From contig CP147778.1 in assembly GCA_037305845.1 (NCBI GenBank), positions 3,264,001-3,328,000 on the forward strand: a DNA stretch of 64,000 bases, read 5' to 3'. A program made the translations under genes and the position numbers. The notes beneath the pieces were generated by a model. It searched no databases. It saw only the letters and a program-made list of their open reading frames with translations, and had not been told where the DNA came from. Below are positions 10,853-21,029 of this stretch, one piece after another (positions within the stretch are counted from its first letter, which is position 1; every line of letters starts with the position of its first letter). This DNA comes from Candidatus Freyarchaeum deiterrae. GTDB taxonomy: Archaea; Asgardarchaeota; Jordiarchaeia; Jordiarchaeales; Jordiarchaeaceae.

Positions 10853-11026
10853 TTAACAATGATCCTCTTCATGATGTTCATGACGTTCATGATATTCTTC
10901 ATGATGTTCTTCAAACTCTCCTTCTCTGTGACTTTTTTTACCTTTTTTTGAAAGCTTTGGTTTAATACCCAATTTTTTTCCTCCCATTTCTACGTCTTTC
11001 ATCACTTTTTTGGTCTCATCTGCCAT
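10853..11026 (-). CDS. 57-aa Lys-rich / His-Glu-rich small protein (not in ORF track)
   Basis: Manual translation gives MADETKKVMKDVEMGGKKLGIKPKLSKKGKKSHREGEFEEHHEEYHERHEHHEEDHC*; GGGGT SD upstream; resembles the N-terminus of 11215-11610. Confidence 0.7.
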   Translation of the reverse strand: MADETKKVMKDVEMGGKKLGIKPKLSKKGKKSHREGEFEEHHEEYHERHEHHEEDHC

Positions 11027-11214
11027 TCGATTAACCCCATGTAACGCCGTCTATTTGATATTCGATGCAAATAAAAAGAGAAAAAAAAGTAAGGGAGAGG
11101 CAGATTGACGCAGAATTTTTTAATCTCATATTTTTTAGACTCACTCTACGGTACAAATAGAGCATTACTTAACGCGCTTATACTAACCTAAAATATCTTT
11201 AAGAAAGCTCATTA

Positions 11215-11610
11215 CTAATATTCACTGTCTTCACTTTCTGTCTCTTCCTCGTCACTAGTTTCTGTCTCTTCTTTTTCTCTGCGTTCTTTTTGTGCTTGTT
11301 CCCTTCCCCGCTTCAACCCTTCACTATATGCTTTATCTGCTTTTTCTTTAAGTTCTTTTTCTCTCTTTTCTCTTTCTGCTTCTTCTCTGCCTCTCTTCAA
11401 CCCTTCTTCGTACGCTTTGTCTTCCCTTTTTTCATCTTTTTCTCTCTCTCTTTCTTTCTCTATTTCTCTATGTTCTCTGTGTTCTATTTCTCCGTATCCT
11501 CTGTATTCTCTTGGTCTGTGTGCTTTTTTACGCTTTTTAATGCCCAACTCTTTTTTTACTTCTTTTTTAATTATTCCTTTTACTATTTTTTCCGCTTCTT
11601 TACCTGCCAT
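11215..11610 (-). CDS. Highly charged helical protein with internal repeat
   Basis: Two copies of DKAY(E/S)EGLKRGRE(E/Q)A; acidic tail; GGAGTGG SD. Confidence 0.7.
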   Translation of the reverse strand: MAGKEAEKIVKGIIKKEVKKELGIKKRKKAHRPREYRGYGEIEHREHREIEKEREREKDEKREDKAYEEGLKRGREEAEREKREKELKEKADKAYSEGLKRGREQAQKERREKEETETSDEEETESEDSEY

Positions 11611-11886
11611 TCAACCCACTCCGAGGGTGTTTTTAATTATGAGAGATGTATCTTAAATAGTTTCTCGTTTTCAGAGGTTGTGAGAAGAGTTGGTTTTTAG
11701 TTATGGAGAAACCACCTTAACCCTTCAAAAACAGTTTTGAGCCAGTCTGTCCACGCTCCTCTAAATAATTAGAGAAAGAGCTTTATAACAATAGCAGATA
11801 TAACTCGTAATAAGTATAGTTTTTGATCGGCGCATTATTTTTTGTGGAATTGGAAACCTAACAATATTTTTTTTGAGGGCCTAAAA

Positions 11887-12801
11887 ATGTCCAATAAAGT
11901 GTTAACCTTAACCGGGTCTGATGAACTGCTTCATCAACCAGATAATAGACTGAAATGGAGAGAATCGTACTACTTCAACTGGGTGGATGCTGAAGACAAT
12001 GTATCCGGTTTTACAACCATCGGCATACTGCCCAACGAGAAGAAGAGAGAATTCGTATTCCTTCTCTTCATAGACGATGAAATTGAGATACACTACCTGG
12101 AACCGCCTCTTGAAAAATACGAGAAGGACATCAACGAAAGTCTAACAGACAACAGCCTCACCTACCAAATGGTTGAGCCACTTCAAACCTGGAAAATACT
12201 ATACATGTGTCCGAAACTCGAATTCAATCTGAGTTTCAAAACAAGATTTCCAACCTATGATTTTGGAAAAGACTCCTCCGCTTCCTGGCACGGCCACTTC
12301 GAAGCCTCAGGAAAAGTGAAAGGCTACATCAAGTTCGAAAACGGAACAAAGAGGAATATCATCGGATTCGGTCAACGCGACAAAAGCTGGGGCTACAGAG
12401 ACTGGCACGAGTTCGACAAATGGTACGCAACCCACATCCAATTCAAAGACTGGACCTGCGCATTCCGAAAGGATTACCGAGGAAACCGAGCAGCCCTCTC
12501 AGGCTACATAGCTACAAAGAAGGGAACCACACCCATAGCAAAAGCCGAGATAGAAACCGTCAACGACAATGACCCGTTCCAAACCCCACTCACGTCAACA
12601 TACCACATAACCGATACCAAAGGAAAAACCTTAACAGCTAAGTCAAGATTACTGGGAAAAAAAACCTATCTACGCTTCGCAAGAAACTTCTCCGAAGGAT
12701 ACACCGAACTCTTCGAACAAATGGTAATAATAGAATCAGAAGAAACCGGAGAAGTTGGAACCGGCATGACGGAATACCTGAGAACCATAAAGTCGAAATA
12801 A
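11887..12801 (+). CDS. AttH/CrtC/tocopherol-cyclase-like beta-barrel protein
   Basis: 'WRESYYFN', 'HFEASG.V.G.I', 'G.GQRDKSWG.RDW'. Confidence 0.7.
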   Translation: MSNKVLTLTGSDELLHQPDNRLKWRESYYFNWVDAEDNVSGFTTIGILPNEKKREFVFLLFIDDEIEIHYLEPPLEKYEKDINESLTDNSLTYQMVEPLQTWKILYMCPKLEFNLSFKTRFPTYDFGKDSSASWHGHFEASGKVKGYIKFENGTKRNIIGFGQRDKSWGYRDWHEFDKWYATHIQFKDWTCAFRKDYRGNRAALSGYIATKKGTTPIAKAEIETVNDNDPFQTPLTSTYHITDTKGKTLTAKSRLLGKKTYLRFARNFSEGYTELFEQMVIIESEETGEVGTGMTEYLRTIKSK

Positions 12802-12850
12802 CCACTCTAAACGAATCTTTTACAAAAAAAGTAAATTAAAAAAAAGAATT

Positions 12851-12870
12851 ACTCCGCGAATCGCGGAGCT
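12851..12870 (-). terminator. GC hairpin followed by U-tracts, downstream of ABC permease 1
   Basis: ACTCCGCGAATCGCGGAGC inverted repeat with A-runs on the + strand immediately before it. Confidence 0.65.
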
Positions 12871-12916
12871 TTAACTAAGATACTTCTTTCACGCAATCAG
12901 AGTGCGATACCGCTGT

Positions 12917-13960
12917 TTACTTCTTGCTAGTTCGGAAAGATAGCCCTCCTAGCGCTACCATTACTAACGCGAATGCCCCGAGTATAGTTAAGTCCAACCA
13001 CATTGGATTAACCATGTTTCCGAATATTAGTGCCTGGGCTATGTTAGCCGAATTCATAAATCCGAATGATGACACTGTGCCGCCCATTATAACTCCTCTT
13101 AAGGCGTCAACGGCGTAACTTAATGGGTTGACGAGGTTTAATCCCTGGAACCAGGATGGAATACCGTTTATCGGTAGTAATGTTGGAATTAATTGTGTCC
13201 CTTTAGTTTGGATATAGTATAGTATTTGGACCACGGGGGACAAACCGGGTATCGGTAGTATTATTCCCCAAGCCTGATAGGCTAGTACCGAGAACCAGGC
13301 TGGCAGGGCTTGTACTGGGAACATTGCTCCACTGGAGAAGAATAGAGGTAGGTTAATCAAGTTTACTATTAAGCCGAATGATTCAAAGGTTTTCATTCTT
13401 GAAGCAATAATTAAACTCATGCTCACGAAACTGATAGTTATTAAAAACATAATTGGTAGGCATTCTAGAAATTGAGTGGGGCTAATGTTAACGCCAAAGA
13501 GGAATGCTAGAAATAGAATAATTATTCCCTGAATTAATGCGTCGGTTGCTCCGCCAAGCATCTTTCCTGCGAACACCGAAACCCTTTTGAGAGGCGCAAT
13601 AAGCATTTCCTTCAAAAAACCAAATTGCCGGTCAAAGAGTGCTGAAATTCCTAGAAAAACACCCGAGAACATAAGAGCTTGTGACACGATGCCTGGAAAA
13701 AGATAGTCTATGTAGTTTACGCCACCTGACTGAGAGAAGAAGCCTGCAAATCCTAAACCGAATAGTATTAACCATACCAGAGGAGAAATAACAGCAGTAA
13801 TTATACGTGACCTATCACGCGTATACCTTTTTACTTCTCTCAGCCATATTGCGTACAAACCACCCAGCTCGGCAGTTATCCCTTCGCTCGTTTTTTCTTC
13901 TTTCGTCGCTTCTACTGCTTCTTCTTTCATTTTCACTTTACTCTTTTTTTCTTTCTTCAT
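12917..13960 (-). CDS. ABC-2 type exporter permease (DrrB-like)
   Basis: 'REVKRY.RDR', 'DRQFGFLKEMLIAP', 'NPLSYAVDALR'. Confidence 0.93.
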   Translation of the reverse strand: MKKEKKSKVKMKEEAVEATKEEKTSEGITAELGGLYAIWLREVKRYTRDRSRIITAVISPLVWLILFGLGFAGFFSQSGGVNYIDYLFPGIVSQALMFSGVFLGISALFDRQFGFLKEMLIAPLKRVSVFAGKMLGGATDALIQGIIILFLAFLFGVNISPTQFLECLPIMFLITISFVSMSLIIASRMKTFESFGLIVNLINLPLFFSSGAMFPVQALPAWFSVLAYQAWGIILPIPGLSPVVQILYYIQTKGTQLIPTLLPINGIPSWFQGLNLVNPLSYAVDALRGVIMGGTVSSFGFMNSANIAQALIFGNMVNPMWLDLTILGAFALVMVALGGLSFRTSKK

Positions 13961-13983
13961 TTTTATATCACCTTCTTTCGCAA

Positions 13984-14967
13984 TTATCTCCTTCTCGCCA
14001 TTTTTGCAAACATTCTTCCATACATAGCTGGTCCTTCTTCGCGGATTTCCCTTCCAGTATAGAAGAGGAATACATCGTTAAGTGTAGGTTCATGGAGTAT
14101 CAGTGATTCTATATCAACGCCTTGCTCTTTAGCTTCGACAGCGATAGATGATATATGTCTCTCACCATTCTCGACAGTTATCATTACCGAGTCCGCTGTG
14201 TTCTTCACGTTTTTCACAAAATCCTGTCCCGATACCATATCAGCCAATTTTTTAACCGACTTGGTTTTCACGATAATCACATCTCCACCAAGCTGTTTTT
14301 TCAACTCTGTCGGGTTTCCCTCAGCCTTTATTTCGCCCAGATCTATAATCGCCAGTCTATTGCAAAGCCTGTCGGCTTCGTCCATGTAGTGGGTGGTTAT
14401 AATTATGGTCATTTTCTCCTGCTTGGCCAGTTCATCTATGTAGTCCCATATCTTCGCACGAGTCTGGGGGTCGAGCCCGATTGTGGGTTCGTCAAGGAAC
14501 AGAACTCTCGGTCTGTGAACAAGGCCTCGCGCGATTTCGAGGCGTCTACGCATTCCTCCAGAGTATGTTCTCACAAGACTTTTTGCTCTGTCAGTAAGTT
14601 CCACAAGCTTTAGAGCCTCATCTATCCTCGGCTTTGCAACTTTTTTTGGAATATGATATAGCCTTGCATGTATTTCCATGTTCTCGCGGCCGGTTAGCTG
14701 GTCATCTATAGCCGGATCTTGGAAAACTACTCCTATTGATTTCCTTACCTGGTTCTGCTGCTTAACAACATCGTAGCCATTCACAAATGCCTCGCCTGAA
14801 GTGGGATATAACATACAGCTCAGCATGTTGAGTATGGTTGTTTTACCCGCTCCGTTCGGACCAAGTAAGCCGAATATTTCACCTTCATCAATACTAAGGT
14901 TTACTCCATTTACCGCAACCAATTCTCCATATTTTTTCACAAGGTTATGTGCCTCAATAATGTGCAT
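13984..14967 (-). CDS. ABC exporter ATP-binding subunit (DrrA-like)
   Basis: GPNGAGKT, YSGGM, LFLDEPT, TTHYM, C-terminal 'EPTLNDVFL'. Confidence 0.95.
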   Translation of the reverse strand: MHIIEAHNLVKKYGELVAVNGVNLSIDEGEIFGLLGPNGAGKTTILNMLSCMLYPTSGEAFVNGYDVVKQQNQVRKSIGVVFQDPAIDDQLTGRENMEIHARLYHIPKKVAKPRIDEALKLVELTDRAKSLVRTYSGGMRRRLEIARGLVHRPRVLFLDEPTIGLDPQTRAKIWDYIDELAKQEKMTIIITTHYMDEADRLCNRLAIIDLGEIKAEGNPTELKKQLGGDVIIVKTKSVKKLADMVSGQDFVKNVKNTADSVMITVENGERHISSIAVEAKEQGVDIESLILHEPTLNDVFLFYTGREIREEGPAMYGRMFAKMARRR

Positions 14968-15063
14968 AGATTCAACTCCAATTAATTTTGTTTTAGTTCC
15001 AAAATTTATTGATTTTTACAACGTCTTCTTAGGTTTCATTTTTCTTCCGAAAAAATTCTTCAT

Positions 15064-15609
15064 TTAACTTTCAATGAGCCTCCTAACTATATCTTCAATC
15101 TTCATAGCAGTCTCTTCTAGAGTCTTCTTAGCCTCCTCGGCGGCTTCTTCTGAGTATTCCTGTTTCAGCCTGCCCAGTAACCTGAAAATCACATCATCTA
15201 GTTTTTGCATAGCTATAAATATCCCTGTGGACCTCTCAGAAAAAATTTCAAGCCAGGGAGCCTCCATAAAGTGGGATATACTCTTGAATTGCCTCACGCG
15301 CTCAATCATCGCCTCCTTGATTTTGGTTAAATCCTCCAACAAGGTCTTCCCTTGCTCCGTCAAGGCGTAGCGCTTCATCCCAGTATCCACCGCGTCCTCC
15401 TTTATGAAACCCTTTTCCTCAAGCCAGGAGAGCAGCGGATAGATGGAGCCGGGGCTCGGCCTCCATTGTCCGTTCGTCTGCCTTTCTATCTCCGACATTA
15501 TCTCAGAGCCTGACATAGGCTTCTCGTTGAGGAGCTTTAGGATCTGGTGGCGGAGGAAACCCTTAGGAACCATTGCCATACTCTTCGTCAAACGTTTCGG
15601 GCTTGACAT
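15064..15609 (-). CDS. PadR family transcriptional regulator
   Basis: 'IL.LL.EKPMSG.EI', 'W.PSPGSIYPLL..LE..G.I', 'Y.LT.QG'. Confidence 0.93.
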   Translation of the reverse strand: MSSPKRLTKSMAMVPKGFLRHQILKLLNEKPMSGSEIMSEIERQTNGQWRPSPGSIYPLLSWLEEKGFIKEDAVDTGMKRYALTEQGKTLLEDLTKIKEAMIERVRQFKSISHFMEAPWLEIFSERSTGIFIAMQKLDDVIFRLLGRLKQEYSEEAAEEAKKTLEETAMKIEDIVRRLIES

Positions 15610-15641
15610 CTCAAATCAAATCTCTATTATTATTTATATCG

Positions 15642-15657
15642 ATGTCGATATCGACAT
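15642..15657. promoter_or_regulatory. Candidate PadR operator, perfect palindrome ATGTCGATATCGACAT
   Basis: ATGT-N8-ACAT form, lying between a TATA-like TTTATAA (~15668-15674, minus strand) and the padR start. Confidence 0.75.
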
Positions 15658-15765
15658 TGACTTTTCCTTATAAAACTTTCCCTTAACGTTTAGGACTTAG
15701 AACCATAATATCGAAATAACACTCTAAATAAATCTTCCCCAAAAAAATAAATTAAAAAAAGAATC

Positions 15766-15786
15766 AACTCCGCGGATTGCGGAGTT
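15766..15786 (-). terminator. GC hairpin followed by U-tracts, downstream of ABC permease 2
   Basis: AACTCCGCGGATTGCGGAGTT; paralogous to 12851-12870. Confidence 0.65.
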
Positions 15787-15831
15787 TCACTTTGGGGTAT
15801 GCTTTAAGGCGCTCATATGCTATGAGGCGGT

Positions 15832-16791
15832 CTACTTTCTGGTTCTGAATGAGAATGCGCCCAGTGCTAGCATTAATGCTGCGAATCCTGCAACTATAAT
15901 TATGTCTAACCAGATTGGATAAAGATTGTTTCCGAATATTAGTGAGCGGAGTATGTCAGACTGAAGAGTTGCCGGTGTGAAAGATATCACTGTGTTGCCG
16001 AGTATAATTCCTCTTAGGGCGTCGACAGCGTAAGTTAATGGGTTAAACATATTCAATACTTGGAACCATGCTGGAATACTGTTTGTCGGTACAATTACTC
16101 CAGTGTAATTGTAGATCACTATTGGTAACCATTGAGGTGTGTTGCTTACCGGGAATAATGCGCCGCTTGAAAAGAAGAGAGGTAGGTTAACCAAGTTAAC
16201 TATTAAGCCGAATGATTCAAAACTTCTCATTCTCGAAGCGATAATTATACTCATGCTCACGAAACCAATGGTTGTTAATAGCATAATTGGTAGACAGGAT
16301 AGGAATGTAACGGGGCTAATCGTGACTCCAAAGATGAATGATAGCAAGAGGACAATTGATCCCTGAATTAATGCATCGGTAGCTCCACCAAACATCTTAC
16401 CTGAGAACACTGAAATCCTTCTGATTGGCGCAATAAGCATTTCCTTCAAAAAGCCGAATTGCCGGTCATAGATTACCGAGATTCCCAGAAAAACAGACGT
16501 AAAAAGAAGAGACTGACACACTATGCCCGGAAAAATAAAGTTTACATAGTTGATGCCGCCTGACTGTCTGAAGAAACCAGCAAATCCTACACCGAATAGT
16601 ATCAGCCATACTAGAGGAGAGGTAATCGCAGTAACTATACGAGACCTATCCCGAAAATACCTTTTTATTTCCCTTAAGAATACCGCGTACATACCACGCA
16701 GCTCAGCACGTGTCTCTCCCCCAATCTTTTCTTCTTTCACCACTTCTACTTCTTCTTCCATTTTCACTTTGCTCTTTTTTTCTTTCTTCAA
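15832..16791 (-). CDS. ABC-2 type exporter permease, paralog 2 (TTG start)
   Basis: Same motifs as 12917-13960; identical MKKEKKSKVKM N-terminus. Confidence 0.93.
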   Translation of the reverse strand: MKKEKKSKVKMEEEVEVVKEEKIGGETRAELRGMYAVFLREIKRYFRDRSRIVTAITSPLVWLILFGVGFAGFFRQSGGINYVNFIFPGIVCQSLLFTSVFLGISVIYDRQFGFLKEMLIAPIRRISVFSGKMFGGATDALIQGSIVLLLSFIFGVTISPVTFLSCLPIMLLTTIGFVSMSIIIASRMRSFESFGLIVNLVNLPLFFSSGALFPVSNTPQWLPIVIYNYTGVIVPTNSIPAWFQVLNMFNPLTYAVDALRGIILGNTVISFTPATLQSDILRSLIFGNNLYPIWLDIIIVAGFAALMLALGAFSFRTRK

Positions 16792-16812
16792 TTTTATCTC
16801 CTCCTTTCATCT

Positions 16813-17802
16813 TTATCTCATGGGCCTCCCTGCTTTTGCTGCCCACATTGCTTTTGACGCACCTGGGCCCTCTTCACGGATTTCTTTTCCAGTATGGAAA
16901 AGGAACACATCGTTAAGTGTAGGTTCATGGAGTGTTACTGCTTCGATGTCAATGCCCTCATCTCTCGCCTCACAAGCCACAGCTGTTAAATGCTCCTCGC
17001 CATTCTCGACGCTTATTTTTACCGAGTCGGTTGTTTTATTGACATTTTTCACAAAATCCAGTTTAGACGCCATATCGGCCATTTTATTAATTGACTTTGT
17101 TTTCACGGTGATCACGTCTCCGCCGAGCTGTTTTTTCAGTTCTGCTGGGGTTCCTTCGGCCTTTATTTCGCCCTGGTCTATAATCGCAATTCTGTTACAA
17201 AGCCGGTCGGCTTCATCCATGTAGTGGGTGGTTATAATTATGGTCATTTTCTCCTGTTTGGACAGCGCGTCTATGTAATCCCATATCTTCGCACGGGTTT
17301 GAGGGTCAAGCCCGATTGTGGGTTCGTCAAGGAACAGAACTCTTGGTCTGTGTACGAGGCCTCGCGCAATTTCGAGGCGTCTCCGCATTCCACCGGAGTA
17401 GGTTTTCACAAGACTTTTCGACCTATCGGTAAGTTCTACAAGCTTTAGAGCCTCGTCTATCCTCTGCTTCGCAACTTTACTTGGAACATTGTATAACATT
17501 GAGTGTATCTCCATGTTCTCGCGGCCGGTTAGGTTCTCGTCTATGGCTGGATCCTGGAAAACTACGCCTATTGATTTCCTTACCTGGTTCTGCTGCTTAA
17601 TAACGTCGAAGCCATTCACGTACGCCTCGCCAGATGTAGGAGTTAGCATGCAGCTTAACATAGACAGTATCGTTGTTTTCCCTGCTCCATTTGGACCAAG
17701 CAAGCCATATATTTCGCCTTCACTAATCTTAATGTTTACTCCCTTTACAGCAACCAATTCACCATATTTTTTCACAAGATTATGAGTCTCTACAATGTCC
17801 AT
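16813..17802 (-). CDS. ABC exporter ATP-binding subunit, paralog 2
   Basis: Walker A/B and signature motif; start MDIVETHN chosen by paralogy. Confidence 0.94.
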   Translation of the reverse strand: MDIVETHNLVKKYGELVAVKGVNIKISEGEIYGLLGPNGAGKTTILSMLSCMLTPTSGEAYVNGFDVIKQQNQVRKSIGVVFQDPAIDENLTGRENMEIHSMLYNVPSKVAKQRIDEALKLVELTDRSKSLVKTYSGGMRRRLEIARGLVHRPRVLFLDEPTIGLDPQTRAKIWDYIDALSKQEKMTIIITTHYMDEADRLCNRIAIIDQGEIKAEGTPAELKKQLGGDVITVKTKSINKMADMASKLDFVKNVNKTTDSVKISVENGEEHLTAVACEARDEGIDIEAVTLHEPTLNDVFLFHTGKEIREEGPGASKAMWAAKAGRPMR

Positions 17803-18155
17803 AGAAATCACTATCATCAATTTGTTATTCTTTTTCAAATTCTACAAGTGATGCATTTAAACCTTTTTCGAATTTGACTCAACCCATCCCCTAAAGATAA
17901 ATGAAACCGTTAAATAAACTAGGTTTCAAGTCATCCTCCGTAAATATAAAATTCTAATAACAGCAAATCCCTATAAATTTTACCTAATCAAAAATTTAAA
18001 ATGGTAATGCGATGAGCATTTGCAGAAAAATAAGTCAATGACAAGGCTCCGTTCCAAACCCCACTAACTGAAACATATAACATAACTAATGTCAAAGGCT
18101 ACACCCTTGCAATCAAGTCAAGACTAGAGAAGAAAAAATATTTGCTCTTTCTCCA

Positions 18156-19151
18156 TCATCGTCCAGGCCTCCCATATCCGAACGTTGCTCTCGTAAATGA
18201 CATTTGTGAACCAGCTGCCTCTTCGCGAATTTCGGTTCCGGTATAGAAGAGGAATACATCTTCAAGCGTAGGTTCATGAATTGTTACTGATTTAATATCA
18301 ATGCCTTGGTCACTCGCTGCACAAGCTACATCAGTGAGATGCGTCTCGCCATTCTCAACGTTCAGCTTTACTTCATCAGATGTTTTATTAACATTTTTCA
18401 CAAAATCCAGTTTAGATGCCATATCAACCATTTTATTAATCGACTTGGTTCTCACAGTGATTATATCTCCGCCGAGCCGTTTTTTCAGCTCTTCGGGGGT
18501 CCCTTCGGCCTTTATTTCGCCCATGTCCATAATCGCAATTCTGTTACAAAGCCGGTCGGCTTCATCCATGTAGTGGGTGGTTATAATTATGGTCATTTTC
18601 TCATTTTTGGCCAAGTTATCGATGTAGTCCCATATTTTCGACCGGGTTTGAGGGTCGAGCCCGATTGTGGGTTCGTCGAGGAATAGAACTTTTGGTCTGT
18701 GTACGAGGCCTCGTGCGATTTCGAGGCGTCTCCGCATTCCACCGGAGTAGGTTTTCACAAGACTTTTCGACCTATCGGTAAGTTCTACAAGCTTTAGAGC
18801 CTCGCCTATCCTCTGCTTCGCAACTTTGCCAGGAACATTATAGAGCATAGCGTGTATTTCCAAATTCTCGCGACCGGTTAAGTTCTCATCAACAGCGGGG
18901 TCCTGAAAAACTATTCCTATCGATCGTCTAACTCGTTCTGATTGCGTCACAACATTATAGCCGTTCACATAAGCCTCACCAGAGGTGGGGAGTAGCATAC
19001 AGGAGAGAATGGATAATGTCGTTGTTTTGCCTGCTCCGTTCGGACCAATCAAGCCGAATATTTCTCCTTCACTAACCTTAATGTCTATTCCTTTAACCGC
19101 AATCAAGTCTCCGTACTTTTTCACTAGCTTGCGAGTCTCTATAACATACAT
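18156..19151 (-). CDS. ABC exporter ATP-binding subunit, paralog 3 (no permease directly downstream)
   Basis: Walker A/B and signature motif intact. Confidence 0.94.
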   Translation of the reverse strand: MYVIETRKLVKKYGDLIAVKGIDIKVSEGEIFGLIGPNGAGKTTTLSILSCMLLPTSGEAYVNGYNVVTQSERVRRSIGIVFQDPAVDENLTGRENLEIHAMLYNVPGKVAKQRIGEALKLVELTDRSKSLVKTYSGGMRRRLEIARGLVHRPKVLFLDEPTIGLDPQTRSKIWDYIDNLAKNEKMTIIITTHYMDEADRLCNRIAIMDMGEIKAEGTPEELKKRLGGDIITVRTKSINKMVDMASKLDFVKNVNKTSDEVKLNVENGETHLTDVACAASDQGIDIKSVTIHEPTLEDVFLFYTGTEIREEAAGSQMSFTRATFGYGRPGR

Positions 19152-19735
19152 GTATCCTCACTTCCATCATTTATTGAAAATCTTCAAATCTTTTTTCAGC
19201 TTTTCTCAGAGCCTATGATAATAGTTTAGTAATGCCTTCAAGAAGTTTGGAGAGCCGCGTCCTCCTTCATTCTTGTTTATGTAGCCCCTAATAACGGCTT
19301 AACTTTTAAATCAACTGATACCCCAACTCTCCTCCTCAAGTTTCCAGTATAGTTAATAGCATTAACTAGCTTAATCATATAAACTTTATCCAGTCTAAAT
19401 TAGAAAGAATACAGTTGAACATTGGTTGAAATCAGCAATTCCCTGTTGTCCCTAGATTTACTATTTACTTTTAATAATAAGCTACATTGGAAGGAAATAT
19501 TCCACCAAAATCTGTGAAATAATTTATGCAATTAGAGTAGTCAGATTGTTAATTTAGTAAACAGATTATGGTTATACAAAATGGTAGACGATTTGCTGAC
19601 GAATCTTATTTGGAGATTTCACGACTTTCTTCCATATTTTGACTTCTTTAAATTATTACAAAAATTTTTGGAAACAAATGAAGAAAAAATATTTTTTTTG
19701 ATTTATTCTAAATTTTTGTTCCTTACAGGCCTTTT

Positions 19736-20839
19736 TTAGAACTTGAACTGATATTGATCCAAGCCCAATTCTTTTCTCATGATTAAAATGTCCTTCTGAA
19801 TGCTTGGTACGATAGGTATACCCTTCTTATTTCTCTCTTTCTGCTTCTCGTACTCCTTTTCACCAGCAGTGTAAATACGGGTCTCTCCGGGGGCTTTCTT
19901 GGAGTTTCTTAATTCTCTCACGATGCTTCCCGCAGTCTTCTTGAACTCGTCGAGAGGTGTGAAGCTGGACACGTTTATCGCTAGGAAGAAATGCCCTAGT
20001 CTGTAAGGGGTCTTCTTATCCTTATCTCCCGCTGACAGCCCCCTCAGGTAAGGGCCGCCTCCAAAAGCTGCGGAGAGAATCTCAACCAGTGTGGAGTATC
20101 CGTAGCCCTTGTGTCCCCCTGTTGTCTCACCCGCACCACCCAGAGGCAGAAGGGCAGCGGTGCCTGCAATGAAACCCTTAAGGATAGCCTTGGTATCAGT
20201 GAGCTGTTCACCGTTGGCACCAATAACTAATCCTTCGGAAGTGGGCTCATCAGCCCTATCCAAAACCTCGATCTTTCCTCTCTGAGTGATAGATGTCGCA
20301 CAATCAATGAGGAACGGAAACTGCTCATCAGTAGGACAACCGAATGTTAGAGGATTTGTTCCCAATAATGGTTCTACTCCGAATGTTGGAGCCACAGATG
20401 GTCTAGCGTTAGTAACAGCCATTCCGACCATTCCCTCCTTAACAGCCATCATAGCATAGTAGCCCGCTACACCAAAGTGATTAGAGTTCCTTACAGCCAC
20501 CGCGCCGGTACCGTACTTCTTCGCCTTCTCAATAGCCATTTGCATGGAGTGATGCGCTACCACTTGTCCCATACCATTACCTCCGTCCACCAGAGCATTT
20601 GTGGAGCCATCTTTAACTACGCTAATTTTTGTAACTGGAAGCTGTTTACCATCCTTGATGCGGTCATAATACATTTTCAACCTCTGAATACCGTGGGACT
20701 CAACACCCCACAAGTCAGAGGTGATCAAAACCTCCGCACAGATATCGGCATCCTTACGCGGGACACCCAATCCCACGAAAACATCTAGCATGAAGTTACG
20801 AAGAGTTTTAACATCAATATTAACAACCTTGTCACTCAT
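19736..20839 (-). CDS. Ldh_2 family oxidoreductase (malate / L-sulfolactate dehydrogenase type)
   Basis: 'G..SHG..RL', 'NSNHFG.AGYY', 'GTNPL', 'GGHKGYG'. Confidence 0.92.
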   Translation of the reverse strand: MSDKVVNIDVKTLRNFMLDVFVGLGVPRKDADICAEVLITSDLWGVESHGIQRLKMYYDRIKDGKQLPVTKISVVKDGSTNALVDGGNGMGQVVAHHSMQMAIEKAKKYGTGAVAVRNSNHFGVAGYYAMMAVKEGMVGMAVTNARPSVAPTFGVEPLLGTNPLTFGCPTDEQFPFLIDCATSITQRGKIEVLDRADEPTSEGLVIGANGEQLTDTKAILKGFIAGTAALLPLGGAGETTGGHKGYGYSTLVEILSAAFGGGPYLRGLSAGDKDKKTPYRLGHFFLAINVSSFTPLDEFKKTAGSIVRELRNSKKAPGETRIYTAGEKEYEKQKERNKKGIPIVPSIQKDILIMRKELGLDQYQFKF

Positions 20840-21029
20840 TAGAAACATCTCCCTCTAGTCTTTGCAACCTTTTCTACTTAAACTTTTACTCAAAAAAAAT
20901 ATGAAAACCATTTTTTGAATTCAACTATTAGACTCGATTACAGTGAAAATAAGCCCTAGAACTATTTAGAATATGCAAAACCTTTATACCAAATTCCATA
21001 AATTATATTTAAATTAGGAGACCGAACTT

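Noticed and set aside
10861-10912. TTCATGA-type short tandem repeats as CRISPR or operator array
   Set aside because: They encode the His/Glu tail of the 57-aa minus-strand ORF and have no spacers.
11290-11700. Phe-rich plus-strand ORFs (also 10720-10965 and 40702-40935)
   Set aside because: Antisense shadows of Lys/Glu-rich genes or of T-rich terminator regions.
19152-19380. Decayed padR upstream of ABC ATPase 3
   Set aside because: I could not find PadR motifs in any frame.
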